A DNA stretch of 64,000 bases from an uncultured cyanobacterium (lineage in GTDB: Bacteria; Cyanobacteriota; Cyanobacteriia; Cyanobacteriales; CAWUOF01): positions 6,016,001 through 6,080,000 of the forward strand of contig CAVUSO010000001.1 in assembly GCA_963744145.1 (NCBI GenBank), written 5' to 3'. The translations under genes were made by a program, and so were the position numbers. Below the pieces are notes generated by a model. It saw only the letters and a list, made by a program, of their open reading frames with translations, searched no databases and had not been told where the DNA came from. The number at the start of each line of letters is the position of its first letter. The first letter of the stretch is position 1. Below, in pieces: positions 44,428 through 56,181 of this stretch.

Positions 44428-44617
44428 GGTAAAGTGAGAATTGGCTGAAAAAAGACTAAAATCATAGTATAATAATGGTGGTGTGATATATTGTTCAATT
44501 TATTATTCCCTCAGCCGACGGAGATCTTAAAACCGCCCCGCCAGAGAAAATTGTTGGCATCCTCAAGACCTTGGGCCTGTGTTAAAATCAAAAATTCCCA
44601 TAAATTTGGTAAATCTC

Positions 44618-44648
44618 TTGACAAACTTGTTGGTAGTTGCTATATGCT
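44618..44648 (+). promoter_or_regulatory. Candidate sigma70-type promoter of rpoB
   Basis: A perfect TTGACA at 44618-44623, with TATATG (17-nt spacer) or TATGCT (19-nt spacer) downstream. Confidence 0.35.
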
Positions 44649-44868
44649 AATCAATAATAATTAGTAGCCATTAGAGATTAGCTATTCTTGTACTGATTAA
44701 ACATACTTGACCAACAGGCAACCATAAATGCGTCTTTCGGGTACGACCAGCTTCATCCACGGCTCCGAAAAGGGTTCTCCAACTTCAGAACCCGAATTTT
44801 GCCATCTGATTTATTTGTACATATAAGATTTTGCCCCATCGAACGGGATATTTTTTTTGAGGAGAAGC

Positions 44869-47800
44869 ATGACCACAGCAATCACCAACCACTTTACCTT
44901 ACCGGATTTGGTTGAGATCCAACGTTCGAGTTTTCGTTGGTTTTTAGAAGCAGGATTAATCGAAGAACTAAACTCATTTAGTCCAATCACTGATTATACA
45001 GGCAAACTAGAACTACACTTTTTGGGCAAAGACTACAAACTCAAACGTCCTAAGTATGATGTAGACGAAGCCAAACGACGGGACGCTACCTACGCAGTGC
45101 AAATGTACGTTCCAACCCGTTTAATCAATAAAGATACCGGAGAAATCAAAGAACAAGAAGTATTTATTGGTGATCTCCCATTAATGACAGATCGAGGCAC
45201 ATTCATTATTAATGGAGCCGAGCGAGTCATTGTCAATCAAATCGTGCGATCGCCCGGAGTATATTACAAATCAGAAATCGACAAAAACGGACGTTCGGAC
45301 CTATAACGCTAGTCTGATTCCGAACCGAGGAGCATGGCTAAAATTTGAGACCGACAAAAACGATTTGGTTTGGGTCAGAATCGATAAAACGCGGAAACTC
45401 TCAGCTCAGGTTTTGCTGAAAGCATTGGGATTAGCAGATAATGAAATCTTCGATGCTCTGCGTCATCCAGAATACTTCCAAAAAACGATCGAAAAAGAAG
45501 GGCAATTTACCGAAGAAGAAGCCCTAATGGAACTATATCGGAAACTGCGACCAGGAGAACCCCCGACCGTATCCGGAGGAGAACAACTATTAAATTCGCG
45601 CTTTTTTGATCCCAAACGCTACGACTTAGGACGAGTTGGTCGATATAAACTGAACAAAAAACTCAGTCTGAGTGTATCTGATCTAGTCAGAGTGCTAACC
45701 CCACAAGATATTCTGGCAGCAGTAGACTACCTGATCAACCTGGAATTTGACATCGGGAAAACCGACGACATTGACCACTTAGGAAACAGAAGAGTTCGGT
45801 CAGTAGGGGAATTATTACAGAACCAAGTAAGAGTTGGCTTAAACCGTCTGGAAAGAATTATCCGGGAACGGATGACAGTATCTGACTCAGAAACCTTAAC
45901 TCCAGCTTCCTTAGTCAACCCGAAACCACTAGTTGCTGCGATCAAAGAATTCTTTGGTTCGAGTCAACTATCTCAGTTTATGGATCAAACCAATCCCCTC
46001 GCGGAATTGACCCATAAACGACGACTCAGCGCATTAGGACCAGGAGGTCTAACCCGTGAACGAGCTGGATTTGCAGTGCGTGACATTCACCCATCTCACT
46101 ACGGTCGGATTTGTCCCATTGAAACTCCAGAAGGACCAAATGCGGGATTAATTGGCTCTCTCGCTACCCATGCGCGAGTAAATGCGTATGGATTTATTGA
46201 AACCCCCTTCTACCCAGTCAAAAACGGGCGGGTATTAAGAGATCAACCCCCAGTTTACATGACTGCTGATGAAGAAGATGACCTCCGAGTAGCACCAGGA
46301 GATATTCGGGTAGACGCAAACGGAGATATTCAGGGAGAGTTAGTACCAGTCAGACATCGTCAGGACTTTACTACCACTACCCCAGATCAGGTGCAATATG
46401 TAGCTGTATCCCCAATTCAAATCGTTTCGGTGGCTACATCTCTGATTCCTTTCCTAGAACATGACGATGCTAACCGAGCTCTAATGGGTTCAAATATGCA
46501 ACGTCAAGCTGTCCCCTTGCTACGTCCAGAACGACCACTCGTAGGAACCGGATTAGAAGCACAAGCTGCAAGAGACTCAGGGATGGTCATTGTTAGTCGT
46601 ACTGATGGGGAAGTTACCTTTGTTGATGCTACCCGGATTCGGGTACGTCCGACTCACCCAACAGGTAATTTATCGATCGCCCCAAAGGTTAGTGGTGCAC
46701 TCGCTAAAAGTCCTGCCGCTATTATCACTAGTGCTGCTGCTGGTGGGACGGTAGCTGGGGCGATCGATGCGGTGACGGCGGCAGGTGGCCCTGTGGCAGT
46801 GACTGGTGATGTGGTGACTGATGGTGATGTGATAGCTGCGGGTGGGGCGATCGCTCTAGCGGATGGCGATCTAGCTGCTGGTGGAGCGATCGCCACAACA
46901 GATAGCACAGTTGCTGTATCTGGTACGGTGACGGTTGGGGGCACAGTGGTAGCAGATGAAACAGTGGTAGTAGATGGTCCAGTCGGTAAGGTTATTGCTG
47001 ATACTGTCAAGGCGATCGCAAGTCCCATTGCTACTCCGATCGTACCTGGTCCCATTGTTGGATTACCTATTGCTACACCGCGAATACACGAAATTGAATA
47101 TCAAATCAGCAAATATCAACGTTCCAACCAAGACACCTGTCTCAACCAACGTCCAATTGTCCGGGTCGGGGATAAAGTCGTAGCGGGACAAGTAATGGCA
47201 GATGGTTCAGCCACAGAAGGTGGAGAACTAGCACTAGGTCAAAATATTCTTGTCGCCTATATGCCTTGGGAAGGATATAACTATGAAGACGCGATCCTAA
47301 TCAGCGAACGTCTAGTTTATGACGATATCTATACCAGTATCCACATCGAGAAATACGAAATCGAAGCCCGACAAACCAAACTTGGTCCAGAAGAAATTAC
47401 CCGTGAAATTCCCAATGTGGGGGAAGATGCTTTACGCCAATTGGATGAAAATGGGATTATTCGGATTGGAGCTTGGGTAGAAGCAAGTGATATTTTGGTG
47501 GGGAAAGTAACACCAAAAGGGGAATCAGATCAACCACCAGAAGAAAAACTGCTCCGGGCAATATTTGGAGAAAAAGCACGAGATGTGCGTGATAATTCTC
47601 TCCGAGTGCCGAATGGGGAAAAAGGACGGGTGGTAGATGTGCGTGTGTTCACCCGTGAACAAGGGGATGAACTACCACCAGGAGCCAATATGGTGGTGCG
47701 GGTATATGTAGCCCAAAAACGCAAAATTCAAGTCGGCGATAAAATGGCTGGAAGACATGGAAATAAGGGGATCATCTCCCGGATCTTACCAGCAGAAGAT

Positions 47801-48589
47801 ATGCCCTATTTACCAGATGGAACACCAGTAGATTTAGTATTAAATCCTTTAGGGGTGCCGAGTCGGATGAATGTGGGACAAATCTTTGAATGTCTCTTAG
47901 GATGGGCTGGAGAAAATTTAGACCTACGGTTTAAAGTGGTTCCTTTTGATGAAATGCACGGAGAAGAAAAATCCCGTGAAACCGTTCATGCCAAATTAGA
48001 ACAAGCTGCTGAGGAAACTGGAAAAGATTGGTTATTTCACATTAATAATGCTGGGAAAACCTTGATCTATGACGGTCGAACTGGGGAAGCTTTTGACAGA
48101 CCAGTGACAGTTGGTAAAGCATATATGCTGAAATTAGTTCACTTGGTCGATGATAAGATTCACGCTCGGTCAACTGGACCATATTCCTTGGTGACTCAAC
48201 AACCATTAGGTGGAAAAGCCCAACAAGGTGGTCAACGCTTTGGAGAAATGGAAGTATGGGCACTAGAAGCATTTGGTGCAGCTTATACCCTCCAAGAATT
48301 GTTGACAGTAAAATCAGATGATATGCAAGGACGGAATGAAGCACTCAATGCGATCGTCAAAGGTAAAGCCATTCCCCGTCCAGGAACTCCCGAATCGTTC
48401 AAGGTGTTAATGCGGGAATTACAGTCTCTGTGTTTGGATATAGCTGTGCATAAAGTAGAAACTCAAGATGATGGCACTAGTCGTGATGTTGAGGTGGATT
48501 TAATGGCAGAAATTGCGAATCGTCGAACTCCCATGAAACCAGTTTATGAATCTCTATCTCGGGATGAAATTGATGAAGTGGATGAATAG
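44869..48589 (+). CDS. rpoB: RNA polymerase beta subunit, with an apparent +1 frameshift at 45294-45295 and a ~140-aa insertion
   Basis: The ATG at 44869 follows GAGGAG. Motifs [44 protein letters not shown] and [12 protein letters not shown]. Deleting one T restores DKNGRRTYNA and gives 1239 aa. Confidence 0.97.
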
Positions 48590-48740
48590 TTTTGGGATCA
48601 GTGCGATCGCCAGTTTTCCGGCTGTTCTGGCTCGGTCAAATTAGCCAGTAGTGATTGATTTAATCGGCTCCGCTCGGAATAGAAATTGGTTCTATTCTGG
48701 GCGATCGCAATCGGTAAATGCCAAACATAGAGGTAAAAAA

Positions 48741-50609
48741 GTGGCAAAACTTGAACAACGTTTTGATTATGTAAAAATCGGATTAGCTAGCCCAGATCGG
48801 ATTCGTCAGTGGGGAGAAAGAACCTTACCGAATGGGATAATTGTGGGAGAAGTAACTAAACCAGAAACAATTAACTATCGCACCCTGAAACCAGAAATGG
48901 ATGGGTTATTTTGCGAACGGATCTTTGGTCCAGCAAAAGATTGGGAATGTCATTGTGGGAAATATAAACGAGTAAGACATCGCGGAATAGTCTGTGAACG
49001 TTGTGGAGTAGAAGTAACCGAGTCCCGGGTAAGAAGACATCGGATGGGATTTATTAAACTAGCAGCACCAGTTGCTCATGTGTGGTATTTGAAAGGAATA
49101 CCAAGTTACATGGCAATTTTGTTAGATATGCCATTGCGAGATGTAGAACAAATAGTTTATTTCAATGCTTATGTAGTTTTAAATCCGGGTAATTTTAGTG
49201 AACTCAGCTATAAACAATTGCTGACCGAAGACCAATGGATGGAAATTGAAGAGCAGATTTATAGCGATGATTCGGAACTAGAAGGAATTGAAGTCGGAAT
49301 TGGAGCTGAAGCATTACAACGATTATTACAGGATCTAAATTTAGAAGAACAAGCAGAAACACTCCGGGAAGATATTGGTCACGCGAAGGGACAAAAAAGA
49401 GCGAAGTTAATCAAACGTTTACGAGTAATTGATAACTTTATTGCGACTGGTTCTAAACCAGACTGGATGGTACTGAGTTATATTCCGGTGATTCCTCCAG
49501 ATTTACGTCCTATGGTGCAATTGGATGGGGGTAGATTTGCGACTTCCGACTTAAATGATCTTTATCGTCGAGTGATTAACCGCAATAATCGTTTAGCTCG
49601 TTTACAAGAAATTCTGGCACCAGAAATTATTATTCGCAACGAGAAACGGATGTTGCAAGAATCGGTAGACGCATTAATTGATAACGGACGTCGCGGTCGG
49701 ACTGTGGTAGGAGCAAATAACCGACCATTAAAATCTTTGTCCGATATTATTGAAGGGAAACAGGGTCGTTTTCGCCAAAACTTGTTAGGAAAACGGGTAG
49801 ATTATTCTGGACGTTCGGTGATTGTAGTTGGACCGAAATTGCAAATTCACCAGTGTGGATTACCCAGAGAAATGGCAATTGAACTGTTTCAACCATTTGT
49901 GATCAATCGGTTAATTAGAGCGGGATTAGTGAATAATATTAAAGCCGCGAAAAAATTAATCCAACGCAATGATGCAAGTGTTTGGGATGTGTTAGAGGAG
50001 GTAATTGAGGGTCATCCAGTTCTCTTAAACCGCGCTCCGACATTACACCGATTGGGGATACAAGCATTTGAACCAATTTTAGTAGAAGGACGCGCTATTC
50101 AATTACATCCTTTAGTTTGTCCTGCTTTTAATGCGGACTTTGATGGTGACCAAATGGCGGTCCATGTACCCCTGTCGATCGAATCTCAAGCTGAAGCACG
50201 AATGTTAATGTTAGCTTCTAATAATATTCTCTCTCCAGCTACGGGTAGACCAATTGTAACTCCCAGTCAAGATATGGTATTGGGTTGTTATTATTTAACT
50301 GCGGAAAATCCGAAACAGAAAGTCAGCGATCGCTATTTTGCTAATTTAGATGATGCGATTATCGCTTACGATCGGGGACAGATCGATTTACACGCATATA
50401 TCTGGGTGCGTTATGAAGGTAAAGTGGAAACAGAAGAACCAGATAATGAACCAATCCAAGTGGAAAATCTCCCAGATGGAATAGTCAGAAAAACCTATAA
50501 ATTTCGACGAGTAAAAGAAGATGAAACTGGAAAGATCATTTCTCAATTAGTACGAACAACCGCAGGACGGATTATTTTTAATAAGACAATTCAAGAAACC
50601 TTGAAATAA
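48741..50609 (+). CDS. rpoC1: RNA polymerase gamma subunit
   Basis: GTG start at 48741 after AGAGG. Zinc finger CHC...CERC and catalytic NADFDGD. Confidence 0.97.
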   Translation: MAKLEQRFDYVKIGLASPDRIRQWGERTLPNGIIVGEVTKPETINYRTLKPEMDGLFCERIFGPAKDWECHCGKYKRVRHRGIVCERCGVEVTESRVRRHRMGFIKLAAPVAHVWYLKGIPSYMAILLDMPLRDVEQIVYFNAYVVLNPGNFSELSYKQLLTEDQWMEIEEQIYSDDSELEGIEVGIGAEALQRLLQDLNLEEQAETLREDIGHAKGQKRAKLIKRLRVIDNFIATGSKPDWMVLSYIPVIPPDLRPMVQLDGGRFATSDLNDLYRRVINRNNRLARLQEILAPEIIIRNEKRMLQESVDALIDNGRRGRTVVGANNRPLKSLSDIIEGKQGRFRQNLLGKRVDYSGRSVIVVGPKLQIHQCGLPREMAIELFQPFVINRLIRAGLVNNIKAAKKLIQRNDASVWDVLEEVIEGHPVLLNRAPTLHRLGIQAFEPILVEGRAIQLHPLVCPAFNADFDGDQMAVHVPLSIESQAEARMLMLASNNILSPATGRPIVTPSQDMVLGCYYLTAENPKQKVSDRYFANLDDAIIAYDRGQIDLHAYIWVRYEGKVETEEPDNEPIQVENLPDGIVRKTYKFRRVKEDETGKIISQLVRTTAGRIIFNKTIQETLK

Positions 50610-50614
50610 GGTAA

Positions 50615-50670
50615 GTAGTTGGACTTTAGTCCTCTTCTGACTAAGAACGAGGACTACTAGTCTTTCTATC
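50615..50670. repeat. Degenerate GTAG-type REP hairpin (GGACTTTAGTCC) between rpoC1 and rpoC2
   Basis: GTAGTTGGACTTTAGTCCTC...GAGGACTACTAGTC. Confidence 0.5.
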
Positions 50671-50755
50671 ATCAAAAAACCGCAACTGACCGACCCAATA
50701 AAAACTTGAAAGTCTAATTACCAACTTAACTACCAACTAACCCGAAATAATTACT

Positions 50756-53700
50756 ATGTCAGAACAAAAAATAGTTTTTCGCAATCGCACAGTAGATAAA
50801 GGTCAACTCAAGAAACTAATTTCTTGGGCATTTATAAATTATGGCACAGCACGAACTTCACAAATTGCTGATAAATTAAAAAATTTGGGTTTTCGTTATG
50901 CGACCAAAGCTGGGGTATCAATTAGCGTAGATGACTTAATGGTCCCCCCAGTTAAAAAAGATATGTTACTCAATGCAGAAGAAGAAATTCGAGCTACAGA
51001 AAGTCGGTATACAAGAGGAGAAATTACCGAAGTAGAACGCTTTCAAAAAGTAATTGATACTTGGAATAGTACCAGTGAAGCTTTAAAAGATGAAGTAGTA
51101 CGTCATTTTAAAGCAACTGATGTCTTAAATTCCGTTTATATGATGGCATTTAGTGGAGCAAGAGGAAATCTATCCCAGGTGCGTCAGTTAGTAGGAATGC
51201 GGGGGTTAATGGCTGATCCCCAAGGGGAAATTATTGACTTACCTATTAAAACCAATTTCCGGGAAGGGTTAACAGTTACTGAATACATTATTTCTTCTTA
51301 TGGAGCGCGGAAAGGGTTAGTTGATACTGCATTAAGAACAGCAGATTCGGGTTATTTAACCAGAAGGTTAGTTGATGTTTCCCAAGATGTGATTGTCCGG
51401 GAAATTGATTGTGGTACAGAACGGGGAATTCCTTTACAAAGTATGACAGATGGCGATCGCGTTTTGATTCCCTTACGCGATCGGTTAATGGGTCGAGTTG
51501 CAGCGGAAGATATTATTCACCCCAAAACTAAAGAATGTTTAGTACCCCGGAATAGTCCGATTACGGATGAAATGTCCCAGACTATTCAAGCAGTAGGGAT
51601 ACAAGAAGTATTTGTTCGTTCACCTCTAACTTGTGAAGCAGCACGTTCGGTTTGTCAGCGTTGCTATGGTTGGAGTTTAGCTCATGCGAAAATGGTGGAT
51701 ATGGGTGAAGCAGTAGGAATTATTGCAGCTCAAAGTATTGGGGAACCCGGTACTCAGTTAACCATGCGGACTTTCCACACTGGGGGGGTATTTACTGGAG
51801 AAGTTGCTCGTCAAGATCGGGCGAAATTTGATGGTCAAATTCAGTTTGAAAAAGACTTGCGATCGCGTTCTTTCCGAACTCGTCACGGAGAAGAAGCATT
51901 AATTGCAGAAAGTAATGCGGATTTAGTGTTAGTATCACAGACTGGAGAAAAAGAGACATTTTCGATTTCCCAAGGTTCAATTTTGTTTGTTCAAGATCGA
52001 GAGCAAATTAAAGCAGGACAAATTATTGCAGAAGTTCCTCTTGCAGCTCGGGGGGTACGTCGTTCTACAGAAAAAGCTACCAAAGATGTATCCTCAGATT
52101 TAGCTGGGGAAGTATTATTTGCGGATTTAATCCCAGAAGAAAAAACCGATCGTCAAGGAAATACCACTCGGACAGCTCAACGGGGTGGATTAATTTGGAT
52201 TTTGTCTGGAGAAGTTTATAATTTACCACCAGGAGCAGAACCGGTAGTTTCTAATGGTCAACAGGTAAAAAGTGGAGATGTTTTAGCAGAAACTAAGTTA
52301 ATTACAGAACATGGGGGAGTAGTTCGGATTCCGGAAACCGATGGAAATGTACCCCGCGAGATTGAAATTATTACTGCTAGTGTACTGCTCGATCAAGCCA
52401 CAGTGCAAACTCAAAATCAGCAAGGACGCGATCAGTATTTAATTGCTGCAAATAATCTGCAATTTGCTCTGAAAGCAACTCCTGGAACTAAGGTGCAAAA
52501 TCATCAAGTAGTTGCAGAATTAATTGATGATACTTATCGCACTAATACAGGTGGGATTATTAAATATGCTGGGGTGGAAGTAGCGAAAAAAGGGAAAGCT
52601 AAACAAGGATATGAAGTAGTCAAGGGTGGCACTTTATTGTGGATTCCGGAAGAAGCTCATGAAGTGAATAAGGATATATCTTTGTTGTTGGTTGAAGATG
52701 GTCAGTATGTGGAAGCAGGTACAGAAGTAGTTAAGGATATCTTTTGCCAAAATAATGGTGTGGTTGAGGTAACTCAAAAAAATGATATCTTACGCGAAAT
52801 TGTGATCAAACCTGGGGAATTACATATTATTGATCATCCCGATGAAGCGATCGGGAAGGATGGTACTTTAGCACCAGCAGGTAATGAGGTAATTCCGGGG
52901 GTAGTATTTAATGATTTGCGTTATATTGAATATGTGGAAACCCCAGAAGGTCCAGCATTATTATTGCGATCGGTGATTGAATTTCCTGTTCCTGATGAAC
53001 CAACCGTTCCTAGTCAAGAATCGATTAATGAAGCAGGACGTGATATTCGGTTACGTTCAGTTCAACGGATACCTTATAAAGATGGGGAACGAGTAAAATC
53101 GGTTGATGGATTGGAGTTATTACGCACTCAGCTCATTTTAGAAATTGGTAAAGATGCACCTCAATTAGCAGCAGATATTGAGTTAGTACCTGATATTAAT
53201 AATGCTGATATCTATCGATTGCAATTGGTAATCTTGGAATCGCTGATTATTCGTCGAGAGTTGACTGCTGATCCTTTACAAGGTAATACTAATACTCGCT
53301 TGTTAGTAGAAAATGGAGATAAAATTGAGCCTAATGCAGTGGTAGCTCGGACAGAAATTCAGTGTAAAGACGCAGGAGAAATTCGGGGGGTGCGATCGGG
53401 TACAGAACCAATTCGACGGATTTTGCTGATGCGTGATGTTGATTTAGTTACCATCGATTGTCCTGGTACTCCCACTGTCCGTCCGGGTGATTTAGTAGTA
53501 GCAAATACGGAAATTGCTCCAGGATTTCGGTTGGAAGAATCTGGTCAGGTGGTGAATGTCACTATTCACAATCAGGAGAATTCTGACCATAAACCGAGTG
53601 CCAAAATTCGGCTCCGAATTGCTCGACCTTATCGCGTTTCTCCTGGTGCGATTCTTCATGTTGATGATGGTGGATTAGTCCAACGTGGTGATAATTTAGT

Positions 53701-54802
53701 GCTGTTGGTATTTGAACGAGCCAAAACTGGAGATATTATTCAAGGGTTACCTCGGATTGAAGAGTTATTAGAAGCACGTAAACCCAAAGAAGCTTGTGTG
53801 TTAGCTAAACATCCTGGTACTGCACAGGTGGTTTATGCTGATGATGAATCAGTCGAAATTAAAGTCATTGAAGCTGATGGTACGATCGCGGATTATCCCA
53901 TTGGTCCGGGTCAAAATGCGATCGTCTCTGATACTCAGGTAGTAGAAACTGCTGAACCCCTATCGGATGGACCTGCTAATCCCCATGAAATTTTAGAAGT
54001 TTTCTTTCTTCACGATCGGGAGTCGATGGGTACTTATGAAGCTGCTTTAGATAGTTTTCAACGGGTCCAGACTTTTTTGGTGAATGAAGTTCAGTCGGTT
54101 TATCAATCCCAAGGAATTGATATTTCTGATAAACACATTGAGGTCATTGTACGTCAGATGACTTCTAAAGTCCGGGTGGATGATGGTGGTGATACAACCA
54201 TGCTCCCAGGAGAGTTGGTAGAATTGCGTCAAATTGAACAAGTAAATGAAGCAATGGCAATTACCGGAGGTGCCCCAGCTGAGTATACTCCGGTTTTGTT
54301 AGGGATTACTAAAGCTTCCTTGAATACTGATAGTTTTATTTCTGCAGCTAGTTTCCAAGAGACTACTCGGGTGTTGACTGAAGCTGCGATCGAAGGTAAA
54401 TCTGACTGGTTACGTGGTTTGAAGGAAAACGTAATTATCGGTCGTTTGATTCCAGCTGGGACTGGGTTTAATGCTTATGAAGAACCGGGTAGTCTTGATC
54501 CTGACATTACTGGTGAAAGTACCTTATTTGATGAGGACGATGATTATAAAGATCTGGTAGTAGATGATCGTTCTGCTCGTACTTATGGTGCTTTTGCTGA
54601 AGGTGGACTTGCACCAGGGATGGTGGTTCGCAATGAGGATGATGATGAGGATGATGATTTAGATCACGGTTTGACTGTTTTAAGCGAACCCGCGATCGGT
54701 GTCTCTAGTTTGGATGATGATCCTTTACTTGATGACGAAGATGAGGAGGATTTTGAAGAAGATGATCTTATTGATGAAGAAGATGATTTTTATGATGCCT
54801 AG
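50756..54802 (+). CDS. rpoC2: RNA polymerase beta' subunit (cyanobacterial RpoC2 with large SI3 insertion and acidic tail)
   Basis: [74 protein letters not shown]. Confidence 0.98.
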   Translation: MSEQKIVFRNRTVDKGQLKKLISWAFINYGTARTSQIADKLKNLGFRYATKAGVSISVDDLMVPPVKKDMLLNAEEEIRATESRYTRGEITEVERFQKVIDTWNSTSEALKDEVVRHFKATDVLNSVYMMAFSGARGNLSQVRQLVGMRGLMADPQGEIIDLPIKTNFREGLTVTEYIISSYGARKGLVDTALRTADSGYLTRRLVDVSQDVIVREIDCGTERGIPLQSMTDGDRVLIPLRDRLMGRVAAEDIIHPKTKECLVPRNSPITDEMSQTIQAVGIQEVFVRSPLTCEAARSVCQRCYGWSLAHAKMVDMGEAVGIIAAQSIGEPGTQLTMRTFHTGGVFTGEVARQDRAKFDGQIQFEKDLRSRSFRTRHGEEALIAESNADLVLVSQTGEKETFSISQGSILFVQDREQIKAGQIIAEVPLAARGVRRSTEKATKDVSSDLAGEVLFADLIPEEKTDRQGNTTRTAQRGGLIWILSGEVYNLPPGAEPVVSNGQQVKSGDVLAETKLITEHGGVVRIPETDGNVPREIEIITASVLLDQATVQTQNQQGRDQYLIAANNLQFALKATPGTKVQNHQVVAELIDDTYRTNTGGIIKYAGVEVAKKGKAKQGYEVVKGGTLLWIPEEAHEVNKDISLLLVEDGQYVEAGTEVVKDIFCQNNGVVEVTQKNDILREIVIKPGELHIIDHPDEAIGKDGTLAPAGNEVIPGVVFNDLRYIEYVETPEGPALLLRSVIEFPVPDEPTVPSQESINEAGRDIRLRSVQRIPYKDGERVKSVDGLELLRTQLILEIGKDAPQLAADIELVPDINNADIYRLQLVILESLIIRRELTADPLQGNTNTRLLVENGDKIEPNAVVARTEIQCKDAGEIRGVRSGTEPIRRILLMRDVDLVTIDCPGTPTVRPGDLVVANTEIAPGFRLEESGQVVNVTIHNQENSDHKPSAKIRLRIARPYRVSPGAILHVDDGGLVQRGDNLVLLVFERAKTGDIIQGLPRIEELLEARKPKEACVLAKHPGTAQVVYADDESVEIKVIEADGTIADYPIGPGQNAIVSDTQVVETAEPLSDGPANPHEILEVFFLHDRESMGTYEAALDSFQRVQTFLVNEVQSVYQSQGIDISDKHIEVIVRQMTSKVRVDDGGDTTMLPGELVELRQIEQVNEAMAITGGAPAEYTPVLLGITKASLNTDSFISAASFQETTRVLTEAAIEGKSDWLRGLKENVIIGRLIPAGTGFNAYEEPGSLDPDITGESTLFDEDDDYKDLVVDDRSARTYGAFAEGGLAPGMVVRNEDDDEDDDLDHGLTVLSEPAIGVSSLDDDPLLDDEDEEDFEEDDLIDEEDDFYDA

Positions 54803-54826
54803 TTAAGGAGGGATCGACAAAGAGCT

Positions 54827-54896
54827 GGGCGAAGCATTCGGATCTAAATGTTACCGATTTAAGTAATAAATTATCGCCCGAATGCTTCGCCCCTAC
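54827..54896. repeat. GTAG-type REP hairpin between convergent genes (likely also a terminator)
   Basis: GGGCGAAGCATTCGG (54827-54841) pairs with CCGAATGCTTCGCCC-CTAC (54878-54896). It belongs to the same family as 13809. Confidence 0.85.
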
Positions 54897-54905
54897 AATT
54901 AATTA

Positions 54906-55793
54906 TTAAATTTCAGCTACGGCTCTTTCAATTAAGCGACGAGCTAAAGTTTGTGTGCCTGTATGTTCGTAGTAATTTGTTGATACATCTAGGAAAGCTC
55001 CTAAGTAGTCTAACTTATCTCCACTAAAATCAATAAAACCTTGTAATTGACTAACTATTTTTTCAGGAGTTAAATCATGGTCACCAACTAGACTACCCAT
55101 CCAGCCTGTCACTGAGTTAAAACTTTCGCCTATAAAGCTTAGTTTACTATCAGAATTATGACCAGGTATTTCGTCTTTGATGGCTTGGAAAGTTGAGTTT
55201 TGTTCTAACTCGTTGGGACTAGTCTGACTAATCCATGATAATGCTCTGTCCAGGAAGCTCGCACCAAGCGGGATCAAGCCATCAAAGCAAACCAATGCTG
55301 TCATGCGAATGGACGACTCACCACTATATTCACCCAAAGCTGCCAGAAAATCCCCAATACTGTCTCCGGGAATACCATTAATTTGGCAGAAAGCGGTTAT
55401 TTCAGCCACTAATTTCAGGACTAAATCGATAGTTTGGGCTTTTTCTGCTTTGGGGGTAACTGTGTTTAAAAAACCCAGTAGGGGAATCTTCTCTCCCACT
55501 TTGTTGGCCAAAACTGCTGCACCAAGTGCTTTATCTGTAGCATCAACAGTTTGATAGAGCCACATTGCTCGTTGGTATCCTTGAGACTTATCATTATATA
55601 GCCAAATCGCACGTTCCCCGATTTGCTGAATTAAATCTTCATCAGTTTCCCCAGTCACAGTTTTAATCGTATTGACAAAACCAACTGTGTTTTGCCACTC
55701 ACCAGGAGCAATAAAATCGAGGGCCTTCAAAGCAGAAACAGTTAAGTTATTGGTTGGCAATTCATCCACCAACTGCTGAATTGGTTTGCTCAT
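54906..55793 (-). CDS. Conserved hypothetical helical protein
   Basis: A 295-aa ORF with an AGGAG RBS. Contains FCQINGIPGDSIGDF and NYYEHTGTQTLARRLIERA. Confidence 0.8.
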   Translation of the reverse strand: MSKPIQQLVDELPTNNLTVSALKALDFIAPGEWQNTVGFVNTIKTVTGETDEDLIQQIGERAIWLYNDKSQGYQRAMWLYQTVDATDKALGAAVLANKVGEKIPLLGFLNTVTPKAEKAQTIDLVLKLVAEITAFCQINGIPGDSIGDFLAALGEYSGESSIRMTALVCFDGLIPLGASFLDRALSWISQTSPNELEQNSTFQAIKDEIPGHNSDSKLSFIGESFNSVTGWMGSLVGDHDLTPEKIVSQLQGFIDFSGDKLDYLGAFLDVSTNYYEHTGTQTLARRLIERAVAEI

Positions 55794-55830
55794 ATAATCT
55801 CCTGTGTCGATTTAACTAATTTTCCTCGCT

Positions 55831-55970
55831 TATACCAATTTAATGTGAAGTTGCACGGTCTAGATCCCCCTCGCATCCCCCTGATTAAGGGGGACTTTAA
55901 ATTCTGGCTCCCCCTTATTAAGGGGGTTGGGGAGATCAATTCTATGCAGCTTGATCAAGAATTGGTATTA
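55831..55970. mobile_element. MITE-like element with imperfect TIRs and CCCCCT-(N)-TTAAGGGGG palindromes
   Basis: Ends TACCAATT(n10)TTGCA...TGCAG(n10)AATTGGTA. Internal CCCCCTGATTAAGGGGG and CCCCCTTATTAAGGGGG. Confidence 0.7.
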
Positions 55971-56181
55971 GTGGTAAGGAATTAAAAGATATTTTATCAT
56001 TTAAGTAATTAAACAAAAATCGAGTTTCTTGGCCAAATTCTCGGTTGATCTCCGATATCTAGATAGAAACCCGATTTATAGCTGGATAATTTTGCTTTTT
56101 TTTAATATTTCTCGATACTAGCTGCAATCACGTTAAGACTAACTTTAACTATTAATTTTTTAGCTCTAATAGAGAAAAGTT

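Noticed and set aside
44857..45306. Genuinely split rpoB, or hisD/kinase pseudogenes
   Set aside because: Single-base corrections restore conserved sequences, and the downstream ORF starts are out-of-frame junk. Sequencing error is more parsimonious.
46654..47055. 133-aa antisense ORF within the rpoB insert
   Set aside because: It is a shadow ORF expected from stop-poor, repetitive Ala/Gly/Val/Thr codons.
46649..47089. Intein or intron in rpoB
   Set aside because: It lacks a Cys/Ser start with a His-Asn end, Hint or endonuclease motifs, and any group I/II intron features. The frame stays open as low-complexity protein.
48651..48740. N-terminal extension of RpoC1 in the ORF track
   Set aside because: Recognisable RpoC1 sequence begins at GTG 48741, which has an AGAGG RBS.
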